From the NCBI GenBank assembly GCA_965235115.1, contig OZ249437.1, forward strand, positions 22,382,001-22,415,000: a stretch of 33,000 nucleotides of DNA, written 5' to 3'. Numbering within the stretch: position 1 is the first letter of the stretch; each line of letters opens with the position of its first letter. The DNA comes from Laetmonice hystrix. Taxonomy: Eukaryota. Position numbers and translations under genes: made by a program. Shown piece after piece: positions 9,173-20,157 of the stretch. The notes beneath the pieces are model-generated. The model had not been told where the DNA came from. It did no database searches and was given only the letters and a program-made list of their open reading frames with translations.

Positions 9173-10348
9173 GACAGTAGAAGCCATCAGGTGGTCGGTG
9201 ACGTATACTGACAGTATGACGGTGGAAGCCATCAGATGGTCGGTGACGTATACTGACAGTATGACGGTGGAAGCCATCAGGTGGTCGGTGACGTATACAG
9301 ACAGTATGACGGTGGAAGCCATCAGATGGTCGGTGACGTATACTGACAGTATGACGGTGGAAGCCATCAGGTGGTCGGTGACGTATACTGACAGTGTATG
9401 ACGGTGGAAGCCATCAGGTGGTCGGTGACGTATACTGACAGTGTATGACGGTGGAAGCCATCAGGTGGTCGGTGACGTATACTGACAGTGTATGACGGTG
9501 GAAGCCACCAGGTGGTCGGTGACGTATACTGACAGTGTATGACGGTGGAAGCCATCAGATGGTCGGTGACGTATACTGACAGTGTATGACGGTGGAAGCC
9601 ATCAGGTGGTCGGTGACGTATACTGACAGTGTATGACGGTGGAAGCCATCAGGTGGTCGGTGACGTATACTGACAGTGTATGACGGTGGAAGCCATCAGA
9701 TGGTCGGTGACGTATACTGACAGTGTATGACGGTGGAAGCCACCAGGTGGTCGGTGACGTATACTGACAGTATGACGGTGGAAGCCACCAGGTGGTCGGT
9801 GACGTATACTGACAGTGTATGACGGTGGAAGCCATCAGGTGGTCGGTGACGTATACTGACAGTATGACGGTGGAAGCCATCAGGTGGTCGGTGACGTATA
9901 CTGACAGTATGACGGTGGAAGCCATCAGGTGGTCGGTGACGTATACTGACAGTATGACGGTGGAAGCCACCAGGTGGTCGGTGACGTATACTGACAGTAT
10001 GACGGTGGAAGCCATCAGGTGGTCGGTGACGTATACTGACAGTATGACGGTGGAAGCCACCAGGTGGTCGGTGACGTATACAGACAGTGTATGACGGTGG
10101 AAGCCATCAGGTGGTCGGTGACGTATACTGACAGTGTATGACGGTGGAAGCCATCAGGTGGTCGGTGACGTATACTGACAGTATGACGGTGGAAGCCACC
10201 AGGTGGTCGGTGACGTATACTGACAGTATGACGGTGGAAGCCACCAGGTGGTCGGTGACGTATACTGACAGTATGACGGTGGAAGCCACCAGGTGGTCGG
10301 TGACGTATACTGACAGTGTATGACGTTGGAAGCCACCAGGTGGTCGGT
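9172..10348. repeat. Minisatellite, 45/47-bp unit, about 26 copies
   Basis: Unit TGACGGTGGAAGCCA(T/C)CAG(G/A)TGGTCGGTGACGTATACTGACAG(TG)TA. Confidence 0.98.
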
Positions 10349-10618
10349 AGCTGTCCGCGGTCTCCCGGGAGTCGTCCGTTGCCATGACACCGTTCCGTGA
10401 ACAAGCCGACCACAGAACCGCGGCCTCCTATGTTGTGGTGATGTGGAGTTGGGGAACTCGCGATCGGTCCCTCCGCCATCTGTGATCCCCGCCACCTGCT
10501 GCGACACCCAGGCGCTAACCCCGAGCAGATGGCCGGCTCAGGTACCGATAGGTGTCGCCCTGAACCATGTCAGTCGGTCATAATGTTCACCGTGTCAGGG
10601 TGGTGGAGTCTGTAAGGT

Positions 10619-10790
10619 CGGTCTCTGAGACCGGCCCCACCCCTGGAGATGGAGGAGGTCTCTGAGACCGGCCCCACCCCTGGGGATGGAAGAGGTCTCT
10701 GAGACCGGCCCCACCCCTGGAGATGGAGGGGTCTCTGAGACCGGTCCCACCCGTGGAGATGGAGGGGTCTCTGAGCCCGGCCCCCTGGAG
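10619..10790. repeat. Minisatellite, 36-37-bp unit, about 4.5 copies
   Basis: Unit GGTCTCTGAGACCGGCCCCACCCCTGGAGATGGAGGA. Confidence 0.93.
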
Positions 10791-10963
10791 GAGGTGGAGT
10801 GGTGCCTGTGGTGGTTGGGGTCCCGAAGATGGTCCTAGTGTGAGGAGGTCACCAGGAGGTCCTCCAGTACTGACCAGATTCTCCTTGCTCCTTGAGACGG
10901 ATGATTGACCTCGTTAGGGGAAGAGGTTCCAACTCTCTCTTCGCCACACATTCAGAGGATGAT

Positions 10964-11059
10964 GTTTCATAACATAACCAGTCCGTCTTTCACTTTTGAA
11001 GATCTCAGTGTTTCATAACATAACCAGTCGGTCTTTCACTCTTGAAGATCTCAGTGTTT
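10964..11059. repeat. 46-bp tandem duplication
   Basis: GTTTCATAACATAACCAGTC(C/G)GTCTTTCACT(T/C)TTGAAGATCTCAGT occurs twice. Confidence 0.9.
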
Positions 11060-11137
11060 TGAAACCCGCCGAAGCTTAGGTTAATGCTACTGATAGACTT
11101 GAGCCTAAAGATCTTAAGTTTTACAAAACGAGCCACG

Positions 11138-11296
11138 GGCCCGGTTTTTAGTTCGCAATTTTACCAATCATAGGACTGGACAAGTCAAGACTGACTTGTG
11201 TTATGGTCTCTCATTGGCTGGCTTCATTTGAAGGACCAATCAGAAGCTCTGAAACAAGTGTTAAGTCTTAAGGATTTGCAAACTAAAAACCGGGTC
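11138..11296 (+). mobile_element. About 160-bp MITE with GGCCCGGTTTTTAGTT ends (copy 1)
   Basis: GGCCCGGTTTTTAGTTCGCAA ... TTGCAAACTAAAAACCGGGTC followed by CAG; left flank degenerate. Strand is assigned only relative to copy 2. Confidence 0.8.
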
Positions 11297-11693
11297 CAGG
11301 TCTCCAGGAGTCGGCACTGACAACCAGCTGTATGAGAACAGACACGAAGTTGGCTTCCTAAAGGAGCGAGTCCCTTTCATATGGCAGCTGTAAATGGACT
11401 TAATGGGTTCTCGACGTGAAACCTTATTACTGACACCTGCAGTCGTTCACTCGGCATGGGAGCAACCATTGGACACATGCTGCTCACTGACAGCTAATAT
11501 AGCTAGATCAATCCTGAATGAAAACTTTAAAATGGCACTCTAGTCTGGAGGTAGGTATATTGCAGCGACAAGGGGTGGCTTTTTTTCTTGTTTTTTTGGT
11601 GGGGTTGTTTATTAAGACACGAGATACATACTGACATCCTTCTTAACTCTCTGTGTTCAAAGGTTCTCTCTGTGCAGTCACAGAACCGGCCTA

Positions 11694-11869
11694 GCCCTGG
11701 TTTTTAGTTTGCAAATCGAGTCTTAAGATTCAAATCTTAAGACTGAACTCTTGTTTCAGAGCTTCTGATTGGTCCTCTAAATGAAGTCAGCCAACGAGAG
11801 ACCATAACACAAATTAGTCTTAAAATTCCAGTCTTAAGATTGCTAAAATGACACACTAGAAATCGGGCC
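11694..11869 (-). mobile_element. Second copy of the same MITE family, inverted relative to 11138-11296
   Basis: Interior CTTGTTTCAGAGCTTCTGATTGGTCC...AATGAAGTCAGCCAACGAGAGACCATAACACAA matches the reverse complement of copy 1. Ends GCCCTGGTTTTTAGTTTGCAAA and ACTAGAAATCGGGCC; flanks CTA and CTG. Confidence 0.8.
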
Positions 11870-11929
11870 CTGGGGTGGTCAGTAAAATACACACGTACTT
11901 ACGACTGGTCAAGGGCAATGTGTCTGGTA

Positions 11930-11990
11930 TGTGCCCTGTGCCCTGTGCCCTGCGCCCTGTGCCCTGCGCCCTGTGCCTTGGGCCTGGGCC
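11930..11990. repeat. 7-bp simple repeat TG(T/C)GCCC
   Basis: TGTGCCCTGTGCCCTGTGCCCTGCGCCC..., about 8 copies. Confidence 0.9.
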
Positions 11991-13015
11991 TCGGTACTCC
12001 TTATCTCTGCCTTCCCAGAGCTATTTTGACTAAATTTTGTGAGAAATAAACAGATTTGCCACAGTTTGAGTGCGGCCCCTAGGTGGGCCCCAGAAGCGGG
12101 TGGCAGAGGGTGAAGTTCAATAGCCCCAAGGTGTGCGAAGGGAGGGGGCGAGGGGCGCGGCACTTAGAAGTCTCCTATCGAACCCGGCGCCCCCTGGCGA
12201 TAGTAGAGCGAACCCTTGCCGGGGACTGAAGTCACTGCCGACCAGCTGACGGGACACTCAAGGTAACGTTCCCACGGATTCGGGGTTAGAGGTCAGGGTT
12301 CAAGGATAGGGGGCTGAGATAAGTAGTCTGGGGTTGTCTGGGGACCAATGTTAGGGGTTAGGGATTCGGAATACTGTGATTTTGTTTTTGTTTTTTCCCC
12401 ACAAAATTTCGTTGCGTTTTTACCATGAGGATCTGTCAGCTCTACCATGGCCTCCTGGGTCTGGTTAGGTCGGAGGCTGACTCACGCCTCAAACCGTGCC
12501 TCAAACTGTGCCTCAGCCCTACTTCACTCTGGTGGAGGCACCGCGCGGTTTGCATAAAGTGGGTAAGTGGATAAATATGAAGTATGAGTTGATTACTGAG
12601 TGTTCCACCCCCCCCCCCCCCACGACACAGATTTGAAGATTTGAGGGCCATCCAAGATCTGTTTACCAGATATTTTTCAATGTGGCAGTAATTGAAGTTG
12701 TCTCCTTACTAGACGGAACAACTCTGATCTGCTCTCCTCAGCTACACCCTTACGGTTCGCATCTTATGAATCATTCTACACAGGGAAGTTATGATTTTGT
12801 ATAAACGGAAGGTTTGATGTGTACTTGAAGTGTCCCTGTAGGGTCGTAGTGTTGAAGAAAGCTGTAAGAGGATGTCAAGTACTCCCCAGGCGGAGTTTAA
12901 GATGGTACTGCAGCAAAGTGTCTACGATCAGCTGGGCGGGCCACCGTTCTCTCTCGTGTAGAACCCCCACTCTAACATAACCCGGGTGTAAGAACTCAAA
13001 AATATATCCTTATTT

Positions 13016-13354
13016 CTAACCCTCCCTGTCCCTAACCCTGCCCCTTAACGCTGTCCACTACCCCTGCCCCTACCCCTAACCCTTCCCTGCCCCATACCCT
13101 GTCCCCTAACGCTGTTCACTACCCCTGGCCCTACCCCTAACCCTTCCCCTTCCCCTTCCCTGTAACCCTGCCCCATACCCTGTCCCCTAACGCTGTCCAC
13201 TACCCCTGCCCCTGCCCCTGCCCCTAATCCTGCCCCTAACCCTGTCCCTGCCTCTAACCCTGTCCCCTAACCCTATCCCCAACCCCTGCCCCTAACCCTA
13301 TCCCCTGCCCCTGCCACTTCCCCTTCCCCTGCCCCTGCCCCTGCCCCTGCCCCC
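13016..13354. repeat. Degenerate C-rich hexamer tract (CCCTAA/CCCCTG/CCCTGT), telomere-like
   Basis: Mixture of CCCTAA, CCCCTA, CCCCTG and CCCCTT hexamers with larger internal duplications. Confidence 0.85.
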
Positions 13355-13614
13355 AAACTTTACCTCATATTTCATGGGAATGTGACCATGGAGAACAGCC
13401 CCCCTGGTCCTGCTGTACAGTGTCCGCGCAGTAAACGCCACAGTAAACAGTTTTAAAGATTCATTCGCAGACTGAACTCCTCCGAACCTTCCTCGTCTTC
13501 CTTTATAGACCAGGCCATCTGATGGGAATGGATGGGCCTGGCCAGCGCCTGTATTACGTGAGTCAATGGGAGGTTGTGCAGGGGCTGGACCCCATGTAAT
13601 GTCCCGCTGTCGGT

Positions 13615-14190
13615 GAGGGACAACCTCTGTGAATGACTATATGAGGGACAACCTCTGTGAATGACCATATGAGGGACAACCTCTGTGAATCACTATATGA
13701 GGGACAACCTCTGTGAATGACTATATGAGGGACAACCTCTGTGAATGACCATAGGAACAACCTCTGTGAATGACTATATGAGGGACAACCTCTGTGAATG
13801 ACCATTATGAGGGACAACCTCTGTGAATGACTATATGAGGGACAACCTCTGTGAATGACTATATGAGGGACAACCTCTGTGAATGACCATAGGGACAGCC
13901 TCTGTGAATGACTATATGAGGGACAACCTCTGTGAATGACTATATGAGGGACAACCTCTGTGAATGACCATTATGAGGGACAACCTCTGTGAATGACCAA
14001 AGGGACAACCTCTGTGAATGACCATAGGGACAACCTCTGTGAATGACTATATGAGGGACAACCTCTGTGAATGACTATATGAGGGACAACCTCTGTGAAT
14101 GACCATTATGAGGGACAACCTCTGTGAATGACCAAAGGGACAACCTCTGTGAATGACCATATGAGGGACAACCTCTGTGAATGACCATAT
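13615..14190. repeat. Minisatellite, 28-bp unit (24- and 29-bp variants), about 21 copies
   Basis: Unit GAGGGACAACCTCTGTGAATGAC(T/C)ATAT. Confidence 0.97.
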
Positions 14191-14331
14191 GATCATTATG
14201 GATGAGGAGGACAAACCGCAGGGGCCACAATAGGTTACCTGTCGAAGATTACCTGAGGCTGCTAGCTCAGGCGACCTTCCACCTGGGTTCACCTGGGTCA
14301 GACTGACCGCGGCGGCGGGGCCGGCTGAGAC

Positions 14332-14557
14332 CTGACCGGGTGGGTTGGGAGGGAAGGCCGGCCGGGAGCTGACCGGGCGGGATGGGAGGGAAGGCCGGCC
14401 GGGAGCTGACCGGGCGGTCTGGGAGGGGAGGCCGGCCGGGAGCTGACCGGGCGGTCTGGGAGGGGAGGCCGGCCGGGAGCTGACCGGGCGGGATGGGAGG
14501 GGAGGCCGGCCGGGAGCTGACCGGGCGGTCTGGGAGGGGAGGCCGGCCGGCGGTCTG
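14332..14557. repeat. GC-rich minisatellite, 37-bp unit, about 6 copies
   Basis: Unit GGCCGGCCGGGAGCTGACCGGGCGG(TC/GA)TGGGAGGG(G/A)A; four GGG runs per unit, so G-quadruplex capable. Confidence 0.95.
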
Positions 14558-16160
14558 AGATTACGACCACCTTCCCGCCCTGTCGTTCACGGGAATCCCC
14601 AGCCTGATGCACGGTTCCAAGCCCCCAGACCTCAGACGGTAATCAAGGCCTGCAGTCTCTGTGTGTTTATAGATGTGCCATATCACAGCGGCTATGTCTG
14701 CTGTGGAGAGCGGTAGAAGAGTGGCAGGGGACGACCTGGCAAGCAAATTGATTGTACCTCTTCATTATGCAGCAGTCTATAGAAGGCCGCGGGGCAGGAG
14801 CCAGGCAAGACTTACGCCAATTGCTGTAACTGTGCTCCCCGCTGGAGCCGTACATCACTCCAACTGTAGGATGATGAGACTGTAGATCGTGAGATGTCCA
14901 TCCTCCCTCCCTGCCCGCGGCAGGCAGACACGCCAAGCTCGGAGTGAGAGCACCTACCATTCACAGGTGTTAATCACCTTGTAATATTACATAAACGACA
15001 ACAAATACCACCCCGTTTTAACCCGCCCGTTTCAATCCGCCCCGTTTTAACCCGCTCGTCGTTATCAGTTCATCCCCGGTTTATAAGGACCCGCTGCAGG
15101 CTGTGACCGTTGAGGCTGCATTGTCAGAAGATACGTACCCTCTGAATAAGAACATCTATTTTAATCTGCTACACCGGTGACACCGTGCCACTCGTGTCAG
15201 GGATTTACCTATCCGGTAAAAATTATACCCGTGGTGCGTAAAATGTGCTTGAACTCAATTCATGTGTCTGAATAGACATGGCTAATGATATGAGCACTTT
15301 GTGTTACATTTTCTTAAAAACCAGGTGATTAAGGAACGACTGAGGAAGCGGAGGGTGTTGGCGAAGAGGCGGTCCTTTATGATGTAGCCGTTGAGTGGGA
15401 TGTATTGCCTGTAAACATGGAGTCAGTGCCAGCGTGTGGACCCGCTGATAGCTAGCCGCCATGGTCTCAGCCCACTGCCAAGTGGTATTAGCAAGCAATT
15501 GCTCCCAGTCACTTTACCTGAACATTGCAGGCCGCATTTCATGCCAAATTGGAGATGAAAGTGTTGCGGACATCCCTCAAGATGACCTCTCTGTACATCT
15601 TCATATGGCTTCCTGAAAGACGTACAGGGGCTGGTTTTGTAGCGGTTTGCCAAGGTCGTTAGTCAGGGAGGAGTTACTAGAGATTGGAGTTAATGCCCTG
15701 GTCAGGAGTCTTCGTTCTGGGTTACAGCCAGGCCCAGCATCAGTTTAATAATCTCCCTCATAGACTCCGCCAGGAAATTGGACCTCATTTTGCTGTCAGA
15801 GCATTTTAGAATTGGGCAAATTACCCACCCTCGTCCTGGCCGCCATGTCCATGGTAGCCAGTCCCGTGTTCAGTGGGAACTCGCATGTCAGCAAGGTCTA
15901 CTCCTGCTCAATGGTAGTGGTTTTGTAAAGCAGCACCTGTCGCAATGCTAACACTGCACTTGGCAGGACTATTAAATACTGCACGTCGATAGATGAGTGT
16001 TTGGCACGAGACTGAGGCTAATGGTAGTCACACACTGTCTACCCGTCAACATCGATGTATGCCAACTGCTGCCAAGGCGCCGAATTCTTCAACGTGCAGG
16101 GATAGGACACCTGGCGGTCCTCGTAAACACTAAGTCAAAGGTCATTGTTTGTCACATGAC

Positions 16161-16372
16161 TTCCGGTTCTCTAGCGGACAGTATCGAAGTCCTCCAACCG
16201 TGCTGAGTCATCATAAGACAGTGACGATGTCTGTCGTCGTTCCGGTTCTCTAGCGGACAGCATCGAATTCCCCCAACCGTGCTGAGTCATCATAAGACAG
16301 TGACGATGTCTGTCGTCGTTCCTGTTCTCTAGCGGACAGTATCAAAGTCCCCCAACCGTGCTGACAGTGACG
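16161..16372. repeat. 79-bp tandem repeat, about 2.6 copies
   Basis: TTCC(G/T)GTTCTCTAGCGGACAG recurs at 16161, 16240 and 16319. Confidence 0.93.
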
Positions 16373-16897
16373 ATTTTTGTCGAGATGTATGACGTCGTTT
16401 TTGTAGTGTTTTCAGAGAGCATACAGTTTGAAAGATTATGTTTCAATATGTTAGCTAGGTATCCTTGAATGTTTTCGTTCTAGTTTGGCTGATGTGATGC
16501 AATGCGCAGATATTTCAGTTGGTTAATAATGTGAGGGGAGGGATTACGTGACCTTGTAGCCTGAGGCCAAGGTCACTAAGAGCTCAGGTCAGGATGGAGT
16601 GGTCCAACTTGTAATCGGCCCTAGCTTTAATAGCGGTGTTAGTTTACTTGTTAGTTGGCCATCAGTGTGTCATCCTACAGGTAACCTCAGTACCCCTTCT
16701 CACGCCTCGTTACACCCTTCGTTAGCACCCCTACACTGGAGCCAACCCCTGCCTGGGGGTACGGGGTATCACCCCAGACCGCTTCCTTCACAGATATCTG
16801 CACTACGTCTTCTTAATCACCTCACGGGGGTAAGAAAAAGCTGGAGCCGCGATGGACTGCTGAGAACTTTATCCAGAACTATGTGTACCCCTGCTGG

Positions 16898-16948
16898 GGG
16901 TGAGGGTGGTAACTATGTGTACCCCTGCTGGGGGTGAGGGTGGTAACT
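16898..16948. repeat. Part of a short ~34-bp tandem duplication (starting near 16877)
   Basis: AACTATGTGTACCCCTGCTGGGGGTGAGGGTGGT occurs twice. Confidence 0.8.
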
Positions 16949-17714
16949 GGGTGCTGGGGTGACAACCTGACGACTCCACGTTTCAACGGGGTGGTCGGGG
17001 TTTGATTCCTGGTGTGGTCACACAGTGAGGTCACAGTACAGAGGTGTTGATTCACTGGGTGGTCACAGAAAACCCTGTGTGACCGACGGCCCCTGTCACC
17101 TGAAATGGCTCCATCTCGTCTACGTTTATTGTCAGGAAGGATGTGTCTGTAAACGGGAACATACAATATCGTTTCTTTATAAAGTGGCTGACAAGGTACT
17201 AAAGGAATCCGAATCATGGTAAAGAACTTTATATGGGTGAAAGTGTCAGCTGGTCTAGAGACGGCCAGTGTTTCTACTTGAGCTACACGGAGACAGTCCC
17301 ACCACGCGCTCCGAGCCGAGATTTATATTCGGAGGTGAACTATGGTCGTGTTGGCCTATCTTGACACCGTTGTGATACCTAAATATCCTCACCTCAGATA
17401 CTAATCGTCAGAACACTCAGTGAACATTGCTCCCACCCATGACTGGAGTCAGGTCGGTGGGGTGGGGGTGGGGGGCAGACCTGCCCGGGCACGGGTCCAC
17501 TCCCGCCCGGCCGCCCAGCACATCAAGACAAATAGCCACTCAGCTCGCTACAGACAGGACTGATGCGGGAACGGAGGCCGAGCGAGCCGGTTCACGGTGA
17601 AAAACCGCGCAAGACAAGATAGCCAGATTCTGGTTGATCTGAGACAGGTGGGGAGAATCAAACTGAAATCTCCGCCCTGGTCGACATGACAGGCAGGTAA
17701 AGTGCATGTCGGCT

Positions 17715-18256
17715 TGGATGGAGCATGGAGCCTGAACCAGTGTGGCAGGCCCGGCTTCCAGTAACATGGAGCCTGAACCAGTGTGGCAGGGCCGGCTTCC
17801 AGTAGCATGGAGCCTGAACCAGTGTGGCAGGGCCGGCTTCCAGTAACATGGAGCCTGAACCAGTGTGGCAGGGCCGGCTTCCAGTAACATGGAGCCTGAA
17901 CCAGTGTGGCAGGCCCGGCTTCCAGTAGCATGGAGCCTGAACCAGTGTGGCAGGCCCGGCTTCCAGTAACATGGAGCCTGAACCAGTGTGGCAGGCCCGG
18001 CTTCCAGTAGCATGGAGCCTGAACCAGTGTGGCAGGCCCGGCTTCCAGTAACATGGAGCCTGAACCAGTGTGGCAGGCCCGGCTTCCAGTAGCATGGAGC
18101 CTGAACCAGTGTGGCAGGCCCGGCTTCCAGTAGCATGGAGCCTGAACCAGTGTGGCAGGCCCGGCTTCCAGTAACATGGACGGAGAACGTTGGATGGAGC
18201 ATGGAGCCTGAACCAGTGTGGCAGGGCCGGCTTCCAGTAACATGGACGGAGAACGT
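17715..18256. repeat. Minisatellite, 41-bp unit, 11 + 1 copies inside an outer duplication
   Basis: Unit CATGGAGCCTGAACCAGTGTGGCAGG(C/G)CCGGCTTCCAGTA(A/G). Confidence 0.97.
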
Positions 18257-18449
18257 AGAATGTAGAATTATCATCAATACGAGCTGGTACTGACGTGAGT
18301 GGTTCTCACAGTGGGCGGGAGGGGGCGCTGCTGACCGGATGCTGAGGTCTGACGGGGAGAGTGAATGAGAACGACGCTCGGGTCGAACGGCTCCTGCCGG
18401 GAGCTTCAGACGCCAGGATGGGTTTGAGATTGAGGCCGCGGCTTCCCGG

Positions 18450-18525
18450 GTGAGGGGTGAGGGTGGGATGGGAGTGGGGTGAGGGGTGAGGTGGGGTGGG
18501 GGTGGGGCGAGGGGGTGAGGGGCAG
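18450..18525. repeat. G-rich low-complexity tract (GGGGTGA-like)
   Basis: More than 10 runs of GGG/GGGG; G-quadruplex capable. Confidence 0.8.
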
Positions 18526-18600
18526 GTAACGGAGGTGACGGGATTATAAACAGGGGGAAATTGGAAATCCTGAGGACAACCAGTGGACGACCTTAGGAGG

Positions 18601-18962
18601 ACAGGGTCCCGGGAACAGGGGGCAGACCCCTTGGTCCAGGGGAACAGGGGGCAGACCCCTTGGTCCAGGGGAACAGGGGGCAGACCCCTTGGTCCCCGGT
18701 AACAGGGGGCAGACCCCATGGTCCAGGGGAACAGGGGGCAGACGCCTTGGTCACAGGGCGGGCCCCGGTGGTCCCCGGGTACAGGGGGTCCATTGTAACA
18801 GGGACAGGCCCCAGTGGTCCCCGGTAACAGGGGGGCAGGCCCCAGTGGTCCCCGGTAACAGGGGGCAGGCCCCAGTGGTCCCTGGTAACAGTCAGGGGGT
18901 GGATTCCAGTGGTCCCCGGTAACAGGGACAGGCCCCAGTGGTCCCCGGTAACAGGGGGCAGG
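18601..18962. repeat. Minisatellite, 29-31-bp unit, about 12 copies, two subtypes
   Basis: GGTCCAGGGGAACAGGGGGCAGACCCCTT grading into GGTCCCCGGTAACAGGGGGCAGGCCCCAGT. Confidence 0.92.
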
Positions 18963-20157
18963 CTGGTACTCGGGACCGATGTATCTCACTGGGACGAGAC
19001 AAACCAGCGGTAAAGCTACTTGAGCATGGACACACAAACAAACAAAAAACACGAGGGAAGGAACATGAGTCACGTGTTGACGACCCTTTCCTCACTGACC
19101 TGTGAACGCTAGTGACGACCAGCTGTCTGCCAGTCCCTAACTCCAACAACAAATATCTTACTTTTTAATATTTTGTTTTCACCTTTGCATCCTTCTTCTT
19201 GGCACAAAGGATACAGATGCGAGTTACAAATGATGCCTAACTTTTCAACCTCAGTAATTGGTGTTTCAAAAGTAGCGTATATTTGTCATGTGGAGAAGAT
19301 TAAGGCCTGACCTCCTGACCTTGACTGAGATGCCATGATTCAGTGTTGTTTTATTGTTGTAATATTGTTGCCACCGTGGCAGGGCGGGGTCGCCAAGTGT
19401 AGTAGAAACCCTCCCATGTTTTCCAATGTCTCCCCGCCAGCATACAACCAAACTAACCACTGACATCAGCCAGCTGGACTCGCTGACCATTGACCAGTGA
19501 CCAGTGCCTAATGACCAATGTAAATCGTTGGTAAAACTAGCCAGACCGAACGATTGCTCGGACCCACCCCAACCCAACCCCAGCTCTCACTGACCCCAAG
19601 TGTCAACACCCTTCCCCGGGCCCAACCCCTACCCCCTTTGTTTGTTTTCCCTGTAATTGCCGACTTTTAGCGTCTAAGAACCCTGGGAGTGCGGGTATGG
19701 GGGTACGGGGCAGGGGGTACAGAATGGGGTACAATAGGAGCGGGGGATTAAGACATGCTGCCACGCCCCGTTTACTAATGTCTTTAGAATAAGATAATAC
19801 CCGGTTACAAAAAGAACCCCCTTCTAATTTATTCCCCAATTTAAATATTTGCCTGTGAGAAAATTTGAAACATGTTCATCGTCTTAAGCTGACCAGTAAA
19901 CTGCCATTGTCTAGAGAAAGATGGTGGCTATTGTAATTATCACCTTAGAACTGCCTTTGTTACATATCTTGTTGACAACTCCATCTTACATTACATCACC
20001 AAGTTTGTTGTGTTTCACTTGAAAGTAACATATATTTGTAATACTTGATTAGTTCACTTGGCAGAATGCAAGCCACTCCAATTGTGTATTTGTGTTAAAT
20101 AATTGGTTTGAGATTGAATTGGTGTTGCATGGTTTGGCGAGCGTGGCTCACGTATTT

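Noticed and set aside
15461-15616. 51-codon ORF with a perfect GCCGCCATGG context (second GCCGCCATG near 15839)
   Set aside because: Short, featureless peptide with no promoter or splice support; the motif could equally be a YY1-like site or chance.
15300-15960. Possible decayed transposase serving the local MITEs
   Set aside because: No DDE motifs or extended reading frame could be recognised; no autonomous element is visible in the window.
4301-18277. Long repetitive ORFs (SPYTGGV repeats, MASTVILSVYVTDHL repeats, the 231-245 aa ORFs at 17.5-18.3 kb)
   Set aside because: They lie in minisatellites, are open in several frames and on both strands, and unit lengths or indels (47, 41, 28 bp) shift the frame freely. 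These are translation artefacts.
18306-19073. 255-aa Gly/Pro/Cys-rich, collagen-like ORF
   Set aside because: Derived from the 29-31-bp array and the G-rich tract; no sustained Gly-X-Y register.
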